A stretch of 64,000 nucleotides of DNA from Setoptus koraiensis (lineage: Eukaryota; Animalia; Arthropoda), in NCBI GenBank assembly GCA_048013815.1, contig CM106585.1, positions 7,006,001-7,070,000 on the forward strand, given 5' to 3'. Below, piece after piece: positions 33,876 to 46,400 of this stretch (the stretch's first letter is position 1; every line of letters starts with the position of its first letter). A program made the position numbers and the translations under genes. Under the pieces are notes generated by a model, which saw only the letters and a list, made by a program, of their open reading frames with translations, did no database searches and was not told where the DNA came from.

Positions 33876-34779
33876 GGTTATTGTATGGAACACGTACCCA
33901 GCCCGATTTGGGTATTTTGGGTATTTTTGGGTAGGGTATGAGACCGGAAAAGGTATTCCGGAAGTGCGGAAATTCTTCGTTCCCGAGATACCCGAGGTAC
34001 CGCCTTGTGGGTATTTTAAGGTATTTGTGGGCATATTTGGGGCACGGGCGGCAGTGCCATTCCGCATTCACATCCGGTGTGGTACTGATGGTCATTCACC
34101 GAAAGTACAGATGTGTAGATTCTCCCTAGCAGCCACAGGAGCAGAATGAAAGTGATTTAACTTAGGAAGGCTCTTCGTTTCATCGAGGGGATTCTGAGCA
34201 CGCACTTTGGGGCTGTGCCCCTCAGGAGCTGCCACGATGTGCGGGTGGGCCTTCGGCCCACCCGCACAGGCCGGCCTACCGTCCACGCCGTCGGCCTCCG
34301 GCCGACAGCGGGAAGATTGACGGCATGCCTCGTGACGGCCCTACGGGCCGTCCCGCATCCCGGGAAAGGATTGTTTTCCGTAGGCTGGGGGTCGAGTGGG
34401 CGGGGCCCGCGATCGGGCCGGGTTCTGTTCGGCCTCGCGTTCAAGTTGCAAGCCTGAATGAACAATTATGCCAAACAGATTCCTCAATTCGCGTTAATTC
34501 TCGGACCGGAAGTGCTAGATATAGAAAACAGTGAATTTCTCGGGATCGAATTGTCAAATATGATTTCATTTGATGCCATATTGCGACGAGAGCTGTGCGT
34601 TCATGCCAAAATTTACGATATAAGACTTCTGTGAGACCAATAAAACGGATTTTTCGATATCTCCGGAAGTAAAAATTTCCGCACTTCCGGACTAATTTAT
34701 TTGTTCTTTGGGGCCCCTTCGGGGCCCATGTGTGGAGTTTGGAGGAAATCGGGCTGGGTACGTGTTCCATACAACACCC
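33876..34779. mobile_element. Long-TIR MITE variant (904 bp) with B-type hairpin core
   Basis: Ends GGTTATTGTATGGAACACGTACCCAGCCCGATTT / AAATCGGGCTGGGTACGTGTTCCATACAACACCC; perfect TSD AAGATTTA (33868-33875 and 34780-34787). Confidence 0.85.
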
Positions 34780-35007
34780 AAGATTTACTCGAAAACTCAC
34801 ATCTCAAAAACAGCCCATTTTGCAACACATCCTTAACCTCATTTTTGGCAGTTTCCGCGTAATCTGGGCGGTTGAGCCGCCCAGGGTGGGCATGCCGGGC
34901 TGGGCGCCCTCCTGCCCCCAACACTAGCCTCGATATTTTTCGATGGCCTTTGAATGTATAATGATGAAGAGATAAGTAGAAATCACAAGTTTAATGACAT
35001 GGATTAG

Positions 35008-35013
35008 TTTATT
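35008..35013 (-). terminator. Candidate polyadenylation signal for jun
   Basis: AATAAA on the minus strand ~150 nt after the stop, in an AT-rich 3' region. Confidence 0.45.
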
Positions 35014-35160
35014 TAACATTTTAAATTTCAAACATAAAACTTTGTTATCATGAGGACATATAGTTGTTAATTTAGAATGTGTGTGGTGCTTCAATTTATC
35101 GTTGCAAATATTTTTTAGTTTCTTGTTTATTTCTCTTTCCGTTCACTATTACAAATGCCG

Positions 35161-36594
35161 CTATTGCATGAGATGCTCGCCACCGCCGCCAAGACGGCAT
35201 CCAGATTTCTTGTGTCGTTCCAATTCGTTGGTTGCCCTCTTTAGACGCTCCTCGAGCTGGGCCACTTGTTCCTCCAATTGTGTTATTCTTTCAACTTTAC
35301 GTTTTCGGCATTTTGAGGCAGCCAGTCTATTGCGTTCGCGCTTACGCTCGATTTTCATTTTGTCCTGACTGTCGATCATGGAGCTATGCTGATCCGGTGA
35401 GTTGGACGAGAATATGTTTCCATCAGTGGCTAACAATAAATAAGGCTGTTGTTGTTGCTGACGACTATTGTTGGACATTTGACTCATTGAGTTTGTTAAT
35501 GGGAGAAACTTGGGCGAGTAGCTCGAGTCCATCGACGACGAACAAGACTGATCGGATATCCTCCTGACTGACAATGGTATATTAATGTTCAGCATGTCAT
35601 TTTCACTATTGTTGTTCATCAGCGGTAGGGCATCTTGCTGGTGAGGTAAAACAGCATCGTGTCGCTTATTTGGGGCCGTTTTATCGGAGAACGATTGCTG
35701 TTGTTGCGTGTCTCTGGTTGTGTTTTGTTGTTGTCTCTGTTGTTCGGCGTCCTTAGCATTTATTTCTGCCTCGTCCAACTCAAAAAGAGGCGTAGGCAGC
35801 AGTGGGTCTGTTTTGGTGCAATCATGGCTGTCTCTTTGGTTTGCTTGGCGATGATTGGCGGTGGTGTTGGTGGTGGTATCCTTTTGATTGGCATGCTTGT
35901 GATTGTAAGTAGAGTTTGAATTGTCCTCGTTATTGTGAGTGCCCGATTGTTGCAAATTGTCTCTGTGGTTGTTGTCATCGTTGTTGCATGTATTATCATG
36001 TATATTATCACCAGGACGATGGGCTGCACCGCTGAGATTATAATTGGACAATGTTGAGACATTGTTGCCACTCGCTTGTTGGCCAGCCGTGGGCGATGTG
36101 GCGGCCGATTGTTGGCCACTGGCCAAAATATCTCTAATTGGCTCAAATAGTGGCGTTTGTAACGATCGAATTTGCTGTAGTTGCCTTTCAATGTCCGAGG
36201 TGGGCGTCAGTGAGGCCGAACTAAAATTAATTGTCCTGTTATTGGCGTCGGTTAGGTTATCCTGGTTGTGAGAGTTTGCTCTGGAGTAGTGGCTCACTCC
36301 GAGCGTACTTAACGAGCTACCGGGCGACGGAAGCAACATGGAGGTTGTGGTGGGAGTAGGCAGGCCCTCGAACAAGTCGAATTGGCTGGCAAATTGTGAC
36401 ACATTGTCATCGAGCTCTGGCGTGGTAAGCGCCAGGCTGGAGGCCCAATCGGGCGAGTTGTCACTGCCGTCCGATTGTTGCTTTTGTTGCTGCGTTTGAT
36501 CTTGCATTTTGCAAATTCTTTTCGGTTGCTTGAAGTCGAGGGTCAGGCAGCGCTTGTCGGCGTTGTGCGAACCCAATATGTCGCCCTTGACCAT
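35161..36594 (-). CDS. jun: Transcription factor AP-1 / c-Jun, intronless (alternative start at ATG 36507)
   Basis: Basic region [25 protein letters not shown]-terminal HKKSGCRL (Jun H..SGC signature), N-terminal LALTTPEL and LPTPTT resembling Jun JNK-site motifs. Confidence 0.92.
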   Translation of the reverse strand: MVKGDILGSHNADKRCLTLDFKQPKRICKMQDQTQQQKQQSDGSDNSPDWASSLALTTPELDDNVSQFASQFDLFEGLPTPTTTSMLLPSPGSSLSTLGVSHYSRANSHNQDNLTDANNRTINFSSASLTPTSDIERQLQQIRSLQTPLFEPIRDILASGQQSAATSPTAGQQASGNNVSTLSNYNLSGAAHRPGDNIHDNTCNNDDNNHRDNLQQSGTHNNEDNSNSTYNHKHANQKDTTTNTTANHRQANQRDSHDCTKTDPLLPTPLFELDEAEINAKDAEQQRQQQNTTRDTQQQQSFSDKTAPNKRHDAVLPHQQDALPLMNNNSENDMLNINIPLSVRRISDQSCSSSMDSSYSPKFLPLTNSMSQMSNNSRQQQQQPYLLLATDGNIFSSNSPDQHSSMIDSQDKMKIERKRERNRLAASKCRKRKVERITQLEEQVAQLEERLKRATNELERHKKSGCRLGGGGEHLMQ

Positions 36595-36859
36595 GTTGAG
36601 GCTGTTGATCTGGTCGGCCGCAATACTGTCTGTGACCTGTTGATCGGGCGCTATGACGCAAATTGGCTGGCCGGACTCTGCAAATGAATGTCAAATATAC
36701 TGATTGGGACTGTATTGCTGATTTGCTAATTGCACGTTGTTAATTACATCGATGATTGATGAAATTAACAACGTGCACAAAATGAAGCCGCCTTTTTGGG
36801 CAAATGAGAACTATCGAGAAAGCGGCGCGGCGCTCTGGGTTTACCCCGTGCAAGTACAA

Positions 36860-36867
36860 TGACGTCA
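36860..36867. promoter_or_regulatory. Perfect CRE/ATF site TGACGTCA upstream of jun
   Basis: Exact palindrome ~270 nt upstream of the first ATG. Confidence 0.45.
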
Positions 36868-36971
36868 ATGGGATGAACTTGTTCGCACTAAATCGCACAC
36901 ACACAACACAAACAAACAAACAACAACAACAACAACAACGGCCAGGGCAAGAGATAATTCTTGGAAAACGA

Positions 36972-36978
36972 TGACTCA
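36972..36978. promoter_or_regulatory. Perfect AP-1/TRE site TGACTCA upstream of jun
   Basis: Exact consensus ~380 nt upstream of the first ATG. Confidence 0.45.
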
Positions 36979-38371
36979 TCGTCGGCAGCAAGTTTGCGCT
37001 CGCCGACAGCAGCGCCAACAACAACCTGTTGCACTGGCAGTTGTTGCTGTTGTTGTTGCTGCTGTTGTTGTTGGTGGTGGCCTGTAAACATTGGGATGAA
37101 CGGTTGCAACTCGGTTGTTGCTCGCTCGCCACTTATTAAAAAGTTTATCCTGCTATTGTGATCGCCAGAGACTTTATCAGAGTCAACAAGTGGCCCCTTT
37201 CTCCGCACCAAACGTGTCCCTGGTTGTTGCCGTATGCCGGTTATCTGTCTGCAAACAGCTCCACAATTCCATATTAGATCGCCCGACAAATCTCAGCACA
37301 AATCGCTGCTCGGCTGTGCCTGTCTGTCATACACACTTTGCCAGAGTGACTCTGGCACTCGATCCAAAATTAATTGTAAATATCCGCGGATATTTACACT
37401 GTGTGTGTGTGCTCTCACTCGAGCCTATTTATACTACTCACAGTCAATAGTCAGTATAGTTTCGCTCAGTGACTAGAGGAAGCGACCGGCCACATTCTTG
37501 TCTTGCCAGCGATGTTACCTTGGTGTTGGTGTTGCTATTTGTTCTAGTTATAGTATCGTCACTAGTGCAAATCCAACAGAGAGCGAGATTTGTTTGGCTG
37601 TTTGTTTATTTGCTTTTCGTCGTTGTTTTGTCAGCGACCAGCAACAGTTTTATATTTCACACTCATCTCGAGCAAACGCACTTTTTATGATCCCTCGAGC
37701 TAGGGAAAACACACACACACACACACGGTCATATATTCATGTATGTATATTTGACAAATAACGACAATCGCTTGCCATTTTTACATCGCTTGATGGCACT
37801 GACTGATTATCCAACAATTGTAATGCACAACTATTTATATATATCAGTGAGAGAGAGAGAGAGAGAGAGAGCAACAAACAAAAAACCATCACTCGTCGAC
37901 ATGTCGCTACATGAGATCGATCGCGGAAAAACCATTGTTTTATTCATTTACATCAGTGTCGTCAGATCAAAATCTAATCCTACTAATTGTTTACCCACAA
38001 GGTGCTGCTGTTCTCTATTTGCACACCAACAACCACCATCTTGGCCGGCAAGCCCCACGCTTGTCTACTGACAACGAGTTCTACTGAAAGCGCAATTCCC
38101 TGCTCGAATATCCAGTTTATACCCTAAATCATGCAACATGTAACATGGAAGAGTTCGCATACATGTCGCTTCCAAGATGACAAACTGCCTATCTAATGTC
38201 GCTAACACCAACGGATATTGTTTGTTCTGTCAACCTCTTTATTTCACTGTGTCAATGATGCAATGAACGCATAAATTCAACAAACAATTGGCACACTATT
38301 GGCCCCAACTTGTTTATTTAATTATCAACTAGATTGATCAGATGTGCTTGTACAGGCAATTGTTATCATTT

Positions 38372-38667
38372 CTAATCGTCGTCGTGCAATCCCGTCACCA
38401 AATCCATTGGACGCAACTTGTACCAGCCTATGGTGAGCTTGTCGAGTACCATTTGATTTATTTGTATTTCAACTCCACCTATGGGACAATTTGGTTCGAA
38501 TTTCTTTTGTTTGCGCCACACACTCACCAAGAGTGTCCTGTCGTAAATAATGGAGCCGTCATACTTGATGGTTTGCTTATAAATGGGATCGCATGATTGC
38601 GGCACAACACGAGTCTTCTTCTTGTAATGGCGCGAACGATTTTTCAGATAGGTCTTCACGTAGGTGT
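38372..38667 (-). CDS. Fife: Fife exon 8, C2B second half
   Basis: cag|AC ACC TAC GTG AAG; DTYVKTYLKN..KKKTRVV..SCDPIYKQT...LLVSVW...IGWYKL; stop at 38372. Confidence 0.88.
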
Positions 38668-41473
38668 CTGCGCAAATGAGAAGGCGATAAATAGTTGGTT
38701 ACAATTAACTAATAATCAATAAGCATCTCACTCAAAGTTATCGTAGTTGTTTACTCACCTGGCAACTCGCTCGCACAACCTACAGGGTTCCACTTGAGAT
38801 CTCTGGCACATATCACATCTATCTCCAGTTGACCCTTGGTCATGATGAAGCTCAGCTTTATTTCGCCAACGTATTCTGTGCTCGCAAAAGAAAAGTGAAG
38901 AAATAAGACAGAAATGATAATGTTCAGTTCAGTATGATGGTTGAGTTACTTCAATTTATCCACACAGATATATCAACATGTTATTTGTTGAATGTAGCGC
39001 ACCTTGTTGCCGGTTCAAGTGGTCCACTATGGCCACGTCAATGGGTGCGTCCGAGCTAGAGGTTGTGGTTGAGTTGCTGGATCGTCGACTGTCCGTTTCT
39101 TTGTCGCGATCCTCGTGATTGAATTGATTGACCAGGTCGTCGTTGTTGCCCTTAGTCAAGCTCATAGTTCTTTTCAAGCGGCGCACCGTTTGCATCGCAA
39201 ACGAATTCTTCCTAGGCGGGCTCTGTCCGCTCACGACGGTCCCTCCCGAGTCACGCCTCACTTGGCCGGCAAAGCTGCCCGAACTGGGTCCCGAGCTCGA
39301 GCCTCTGTGCATCGCCAGAGACTGCTGTTGCATTTGCTGGTGGAAAGGGGCCCCACTGTCGGCTGCAGTTGTTGTTGTGGGCGCACTTGGGGCGCCACTA
39401 TCGCTGTTGTTGTTGTTGTTGTTTGTCTTAGCGGAGGCAAGTGTGGAGCCGAGCGCCGAGCTCAACGAGTTTCTCGGGCTGCTCTTGATTATGTTGTAGC
39501 TGGGCACCACCACTTGTTGCTGAGGCACGCAACTCATACTGGTCAAGCTCAGGTTGGTGTCCGACAGTGGGTTGTTGTCGCCACTTTTCATGCTGTCTCT
39601 GTCGTCGGCGCCATTTCTCAGCATGTCAACACTTTTGTCCATGGACAGTTGCTTGTTGTTGCTGTTGACAAACATACAATTGCGCTGCTGTTGTTTGTTG
39701 GCGGCGATGCTGTTGCTCGCCGTCACCTGTAGTGGTCGGCTGTCGCCCACGTCGATGGCCGATATAGAGCGGCGTCCCTGATCCGAGCTGAGCCTATTGA
39801 GTAATTTCCTGCTCGACGACAGCACCACCTCATCGCTTGCTCGTCTAACGGGCTGCACCGATTGATTTGAGTAGTACTGAGACGACTGGTGCGACAGCAC
39901 TTGCAGTTGGTGCGCTTGTTGTTGCTGTTGCAAATGTTGCTGCTGATTGGCCTGGCTAAGGCGATAATTAATGAGGAATCTCTGGTCGAAATTGTTGTCT
40001 ATGTCGCGCTGAGACGAGCTCTTGTAGCCCGTGGCCAGTGGTCCGTTTTCAAAGGGTCTCTGCTGGTGCTGTTGGTGGTGGTGCTGTTGTTGTTGTTGTT
40101 GCGCCCACATATCGTTGTTAACGTTGTTGGTGTTAGTTTGTGACAATTGATTGTGAGACAATTGGTGACTTATGGAATTGCGAGCTGCTATAAATGGCGA
40201 GGCGCCATCAACGAGATGCTGCTGACTGTTGCCAGTGGTGTTCTGATTTAAGTTTACTATCATCATAGCGACATCAGCATAACGATATCAGATAAAACAA
40301 ACGTACGCACGATCGCAATACATAATACATCATCATACATGGTCATGATAGTGATTGTGTTGTAATAATAGGTAACAAACAAACAAAAAAATAATTATTT
40401 CTAAGTTAGTGCTGTGTGTCTACGCAAAAGCGAAACAAAAGTGTAATAATTCAAATAATAATAATTGTTGTGCAACAATCACACCACATAACATGAACAA
40501 CAAATTCACGAGATGCGAGAGACATAAAACGAGCGAGACAGCAATAATGCAAGCTTTTAGGCAACGCTGGCCAACAGCAACAATAAGCAAATTATTATCC
40601 TTTTTATTTTGAACCAAATTTATAGATAGATGGTTTATATTGGTAGATGGTAACTATACGCTACCTATGAGGTCGTTGAGGGATTTGCGCCGCTCACAGG
40701 GCGACATCACCGGCAATCTGAGTGTCCACCAATCAGTGTTTCGTTCACGGGCACTTTGTATGGGTATGAGAGTCTCGCAAATGGGCACGGGTTTTGTTGT
40801 GGTCAGCGTCGACTGATCCTCGTAGCGCCAAATACTTATTTCGAAGGCCATCTTATGCACCTGTTTGCACACAATTCACCGGTCAAAAGCGATAATTGAG
40901 GTAATGAGTATTTTGGCGTCATTCATTAGCAAGCGACTCATTAACGCGAATCTATTACAAGTTCATTAGTGGCTTGGCTCAACGAGGGCAGGGCACTCAC
41001 CTTGTCTATGGGGAAGTTTTGGAATATTATCGTCTCGTTCCATTCCATATTTTGGCACGGTTGTGTCTTGCAAGGCTTGAATTTGTTTCTGTTTGGCATT
41101 GTGTTCGGTGCGTGTGACAATAGACGATACAGACGATATATTAGAGACAGGTTGGCGTGCCACGTTCCAAGGGAAAAGTCGCGCTCCCTAGCGAACGAGC
41201 AACTAAGGAGCAGGACTTTTCAGCAGATAAAGCGCTAATTGGAGAACAGCATCGGGCAATTCTGGTGATATTCACAATATGAATATCACCGGTACTTACG
41301 ATTTTGGCAATATGGTGATGAGGACATAGTGCTGGTCGTGAAGTGGGGCCGGCACGCCTCGGGCGGACATTATCACAATTTGTAGCTCGGAACGGCGCTC
41401 ATTGACGCACACCTGTATGAGAATGTGGCCGCACTGTTCGTTGACTGCTCGACCGGAAGTGCCCAGTTGATGC

Positions 41474-41504
<31 letters not shown>

Positions 41505-43438
41505 GCATGTCTGTTGCAAACATTAGGCCATTGTTGCTGCTGTACTGTTGCTGCTGTTGCGACTGCTGATAAAGTCTACTTCCGGCGTCGTCTAAGCGGC
41601 CCATCAGCTGATTCTGGCCGCTCATCTGGCCGTAACTGGTGCCGTACTGCATTATGTTGCCCGTTGACACGTTGTTGTGCTGTTGCAACTGTTGATATCC
41701 GGCCGCGCTGATGGAACCTCCCGAATTGTGTCTGTTTAGGCTGGCGTTTGAGCGTCGCCGATACAAATCGCTGGCGCTGATGGACTGTTGTTGTTGTTGC
41801 GCGGACAATTGTCCGCCGCCGCTGGTGCCGCCCGCGCCGCCCAAATATCCGCTGCCGCCGCCGCCCGCCGACGGCAACTGAGTTGTGCTGACCGAGTGCA
41901 TGTTGGTGCCACTAGAAAACGGATAGTGACCGACCGACATGAGTTGCTGCTGTTGCTGCTGGTGCAAGTCCTGTCTCGACGTGTTGACACTGCCCCCCTG
42001 GCCGGGTATGCGCGGCAGGCGTCGTCCGCGACCCTGTTGCTGCTGCTGGCAAGCGGCCATCAATTGCGAGCTGGTGTCGCTGCGCTGCCTAGACACGGAC
42101 TGCTGCTGCTGCAGCTGATGTTGGTGGTCGGGCGCGGCTTGCGAGCCCGACCAATTTGAGGCAAACATTTTCAATTCTTTCTCGGATTGCTGAGACAACC
42201 GGCGGTGCTGGCGTATGTAATTAGACGATATCAATTCCCAGCGATTCAACGGTTTCACTATAAGCTCGGCACTGTTGCCGCTGCTATCTATTATGTCGGC
42301 CACTTGTTCGTAGGTGAGATTTATCAAACACTTGCCGTCCCATTCGATGATGCGGTCGCCCGGCTTCATGGCCATTTTGTCCGCCGGGCCGCCGGGCGCC
42401 ACCCACGTCACCGAGGCGTACAATTTGTCGTCGTCGGCGCTCAGCTTGCCCCCTGTCACTTGCAAACCAAAGCCGCGCGGTGTACTATTCCTAGTGGTCA
42501 CCTGGCCACTGTTTGCGCTGTCCACTTGGGCCGCATTGTCGTCCCGATACAATATTACCCGCTCGTACAAGTCGCCCACCTTTCCGTAACCGGCCATGCT
42601 GTTCTTGGCGAGACCCCGGTGGCCGCCCATGGAGCCGGGAAGGCCGCCGTCCTGGCCCATGTCGTCCACAACAATGCGAATGTTTTGGCCCTCTGGCGCC
42701 GAGGCCCGTCTAATGACGTTGTTCGAGCTGGGCAAATCTAGCGTCATGGTGGCCTGCGACGACGACATGTCGGGCAGATCTAGCATACTGCGCGACTGTT
42801 CGCCGGGCGTCTTGGGCAACATGCGGCCGCTACTGCCGCGACGCGGCAACAAATACTGACTGTCGGGCACCGCACCGCCGTTCAAATATCCGCCCGATGT
42901 GAGCTGCTGACCGCCGCTGGTGCCGTTCATCATGGTCATTTGTGGCGTGGCCGAGGAGCGGCGCTGCTGACGCTGAATTATCTGCTCGATAGTGGCCGTT
43001 GTCGATTGCTGCTGCTGCTGCTGCTGTTGTTGCGTCATGTTGTTGCCTGTTGTTGGCGCTGCTGTCGCTGTTTGGTGGTTGACCAGCGACGCCGGCGTTG
43101 CCGCCCCACTTGCGGACATTGCACTTCCGCCCGGGAACCCGTTGTTGGCCAGACTGCCCACGATGCTCGCTTGGCGCTGGCGCATCATGGTCAATTGTGC
43201 GCCCTCGTTGGCCGTGAATTCCGAAATGGACACACTGGGTATGGACACTTGTTGTTGCTGTTGTTGCTGTTGCGCAATCAACGTTTGAGCGGCGGCGCCC
43301 GTGCTGCCCACTCGCGGCGGCTTGAAATACTCGGGCGGGCTGTCGTTGTCGTAATCCATGAGCGTGGGCGAATTGAGTTTCATCACATCGTCGTCGAGGT
43401 CGCTGCTGGAATTAGAGTGATCCGCTTGCTGTCTGGCC

Positions 43439-43475
<37 letters not shown>

Positions 43476-46400
43476 TGGTGTTGGCGGTGCCGTTGTTGGC
43501 GCTGCTGCCATTGTTATCTAATGAGTTTTGTCTCTTGTGAGTGGACGGCGTAATTAGCGACACCAATTGTTGCTGATAGGCGTCAAATCTGGACACATTA
43601 TCTTGCGTGGTCTGGCAATCGTTGGCCGTCGACTCTTTGCTCACCGAATGGCTGCGCTCCAAATAATGCAGCGGCCGGTCGCCGCTGTTTACGTGCCTCA
43701 GCTGACTGCTGGCCCGCCGGCTGGGCGACGGGCCCGCGCTCATGCGGTCGGCCGCCGTCTGCTGCTGCTGCTGCTGCCTGTTGCTGTTGTACGACTGATA
43801 TTGGGCCCCGTTGGTCAGCAGCCCCATTTGGGCCCCATTTGCGACAGACTGCTGCTGTTGTTGTTGCTGTTGCTGCTGAATTTGCATTTGCATCTGTTGC
43901 AGTTGTTGCAGCGTTTGCGACGACAACAAACCGCCCGACTGAGACAGGCCGCCCGCTTGGCCGCACGTCACCCCGACGGCCTCTATGTTCGACTGCGACC
44001 TGTTCCGGATGAAGTGGCCCATGTCCAGCGACGAATCCGATATTGAGGAGCGGCGCACCAGGTTCGACTGGTCGGACAACCGGCGCATGTTGATCATGTC
44101 CTGCTGCGGCCTGGTGGACAGCGTTTGCGACAACTTCCGCTGCTGCTGGCCGGCCACGCCGAGCTGCTGAAGTTTGGCCTGTTGTTGTTGCTGCTGTTGC
44201 TGCATTTGTAACTCGTCGGACGTCATCAAAAATTGTTGCGGGTCCTGCTGCTGGTCGTGCTGCTGTTGGTCTTGCTGCAAATAGCCGCTTGCTTGCAGCG
44301 ATGGCTGGCTGTACTGCTGGCTCGCTGCCGCGGCCGCGGCCGTGTCGTAATAGTTGTTACCGGCGGCCGGATATTGTTGCGTTGTATTGTCCAGTTCCAT
44401 GGCCATCCAATCGCCGGCCGACGTGATTTGAATTTGTTGTTGTTGCTGCTGCTGCTGCTGCTGCTGTCTATATTGGTCGTGCATCGACGAGCCCAGTGTG
44501 TCCGGCATGTCGTTTTGGAGGCCGCCGTTGTTTGCCACATGATGATACAATGCCGGCTGCTGGTGCTGATTGGAGCCCAATTGCAGTTGCAGTTGCTGTT
44601 GCGTCAACTCGCGGCCGGTGTGACCGGTCTGCTGCAACGGACTTGAGGCCGACGAGCGTCTAATTATTTGCTGCTGAGCAACAGGTTGCTGCAAATGCGA
44701 CTGGCCAACGTTGCCCGCTTGCTGTTGACCCGACCCGCTCAACGGTTGACTCAGGGTCTTTTGGGTCTTGACGTGCTGACCGATGATGCCCGTCGGCTTG
44801 TATGCAGGCTGATTGAGCGTCGCCGCCAAGTTGGGAGCCTGCTGCTGCAGGTTTGTCTGGGGCTGCGACAGGGGCTTTGGGATTTGTAGTTTGGGATTCG
44901 TAATTTGGGATTTGTAATTTGTAATTTGTAATTTAGGATTTGTTATTTGGGATTTGGTAATCGAGAGAAAAGTTTTTAAAAAGATTTGCATCAGCCAAAG
45001 GGATCGACGAGAGAGCTCGACAAATATCAGTGGTCTCATCGAGTGCCAACTCACCCTCTGCACGATGTTGTGCGCCAGAACTTTGGGCGGCTGCGCGGGC
45101 ACCATTTGGGGCCGACTCTGGCCGCTCTGTTGTGTTGTTTGTTTGCTCGAATCGCCTTTCGACAGTCTCTCCTGGACAGTGGCCAGCGAGCTCGGAGCTG
45201 CCGTCGACGAGGCTGTCGCCGTTGTGGTTGTTGTAACGGAATTTGACATCGACGAGCTAGCGGTGGACAGTGAAGAGGAGCAGCCAGACGATGAAGAGGA
45301 CGAGGCTGAGTCGCCTGAGCTAGTCAATTGGTTCCTATTAAGAGCTAGTTTGAGCTCGTTCTGATTAAGGCGCTGGGTCTGTTTTTGAGCGCGACGCGTG
45401 AATGGCGCAAATTATGTTGATGCAAATTAATTAATTTGATTGTGATTAATTGATTGTTGATCGATCAGTCAAATGGTCAGATGGTCAGATAGTCAGATCG
45501 GCTAATGAATGGACACAACAACATAGGCGGATGGACTCACCATTCGGCGAACGGAAGGCATGCGGTTGAGACCGAGCTCCTTGAGGGCCTCCATCGAGAT
45601 GGCGGGCTGGGTGGCTCGGCGCCGACAAAACGAGCATATCCAGTGCTGGCGGTGTTTGCGATATTTCGGGACATTTCGGGCGTATTTCGGAACATTTCGG
45701 GCGTATTTCGGGACATTTCGGGATGTTTGGGCGGATTTCGAGATATTTTGAGACATTTTAGACATTGGACAGTTGAGTGCGATGCAAATTCAATTAGAAA
45801 ATGAGCCAGCCGATCGCAGCGAATCGATGGGCCCATCAATCAATTAATTGGTTAATTACCTGGTCGGTGGACGAATAAGAAGAGCAATCTTCGCAGACGA
45901 ATTGCTGACAGTTGCTGCAAATGTGACACTTCTCGTGAATAAGTATGTTTTTGCGACATATGCGACAATTGCCAATGACGTCGTTGTAGGCCGATGCTGT
46001 TGCCGTTGTGGCTGTGGTTGTGGATGTTGTTGATATCGAGCTGTTGGAAGCGGTGCCCGGATTGAAGCCCTGATTTGAGTTGGCCGTGAACGATGCGTAA
46101 CCGCTCGCCGACGAGGCCGGCCGACTGGACATTAGCGGCTGGCATGCCGAGCCGGGTTCCGAGCAGGTTGGCGTTGCCGACTGGGCCGGCGACGGACTGG
46201 CCTTGCCCCGATGCTGCTGCTGCTGCTGATATTGCTGCTTGTGCTGGCCGGGCACCCCGGTCACCTGCTGAAACGCACCAGGTGAGGCCACGTTTTCACT
46301 GTTATAGTGATGATAATTGGACGTTATTTGTTGTTGTTGTTGTTGTTGCTGGTTGCTGTTCTGGTTGGCACTGTTCATCAGCCTGGCGCTGTTAACCGGC

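Noticed and set aside
39115-45364. Long plus-strand ORFs opposite Fife and jun
   Set aside because: Antisense shadows of Q-rich coding sequence (poly-L/C/V from CTG/TTG repeats)
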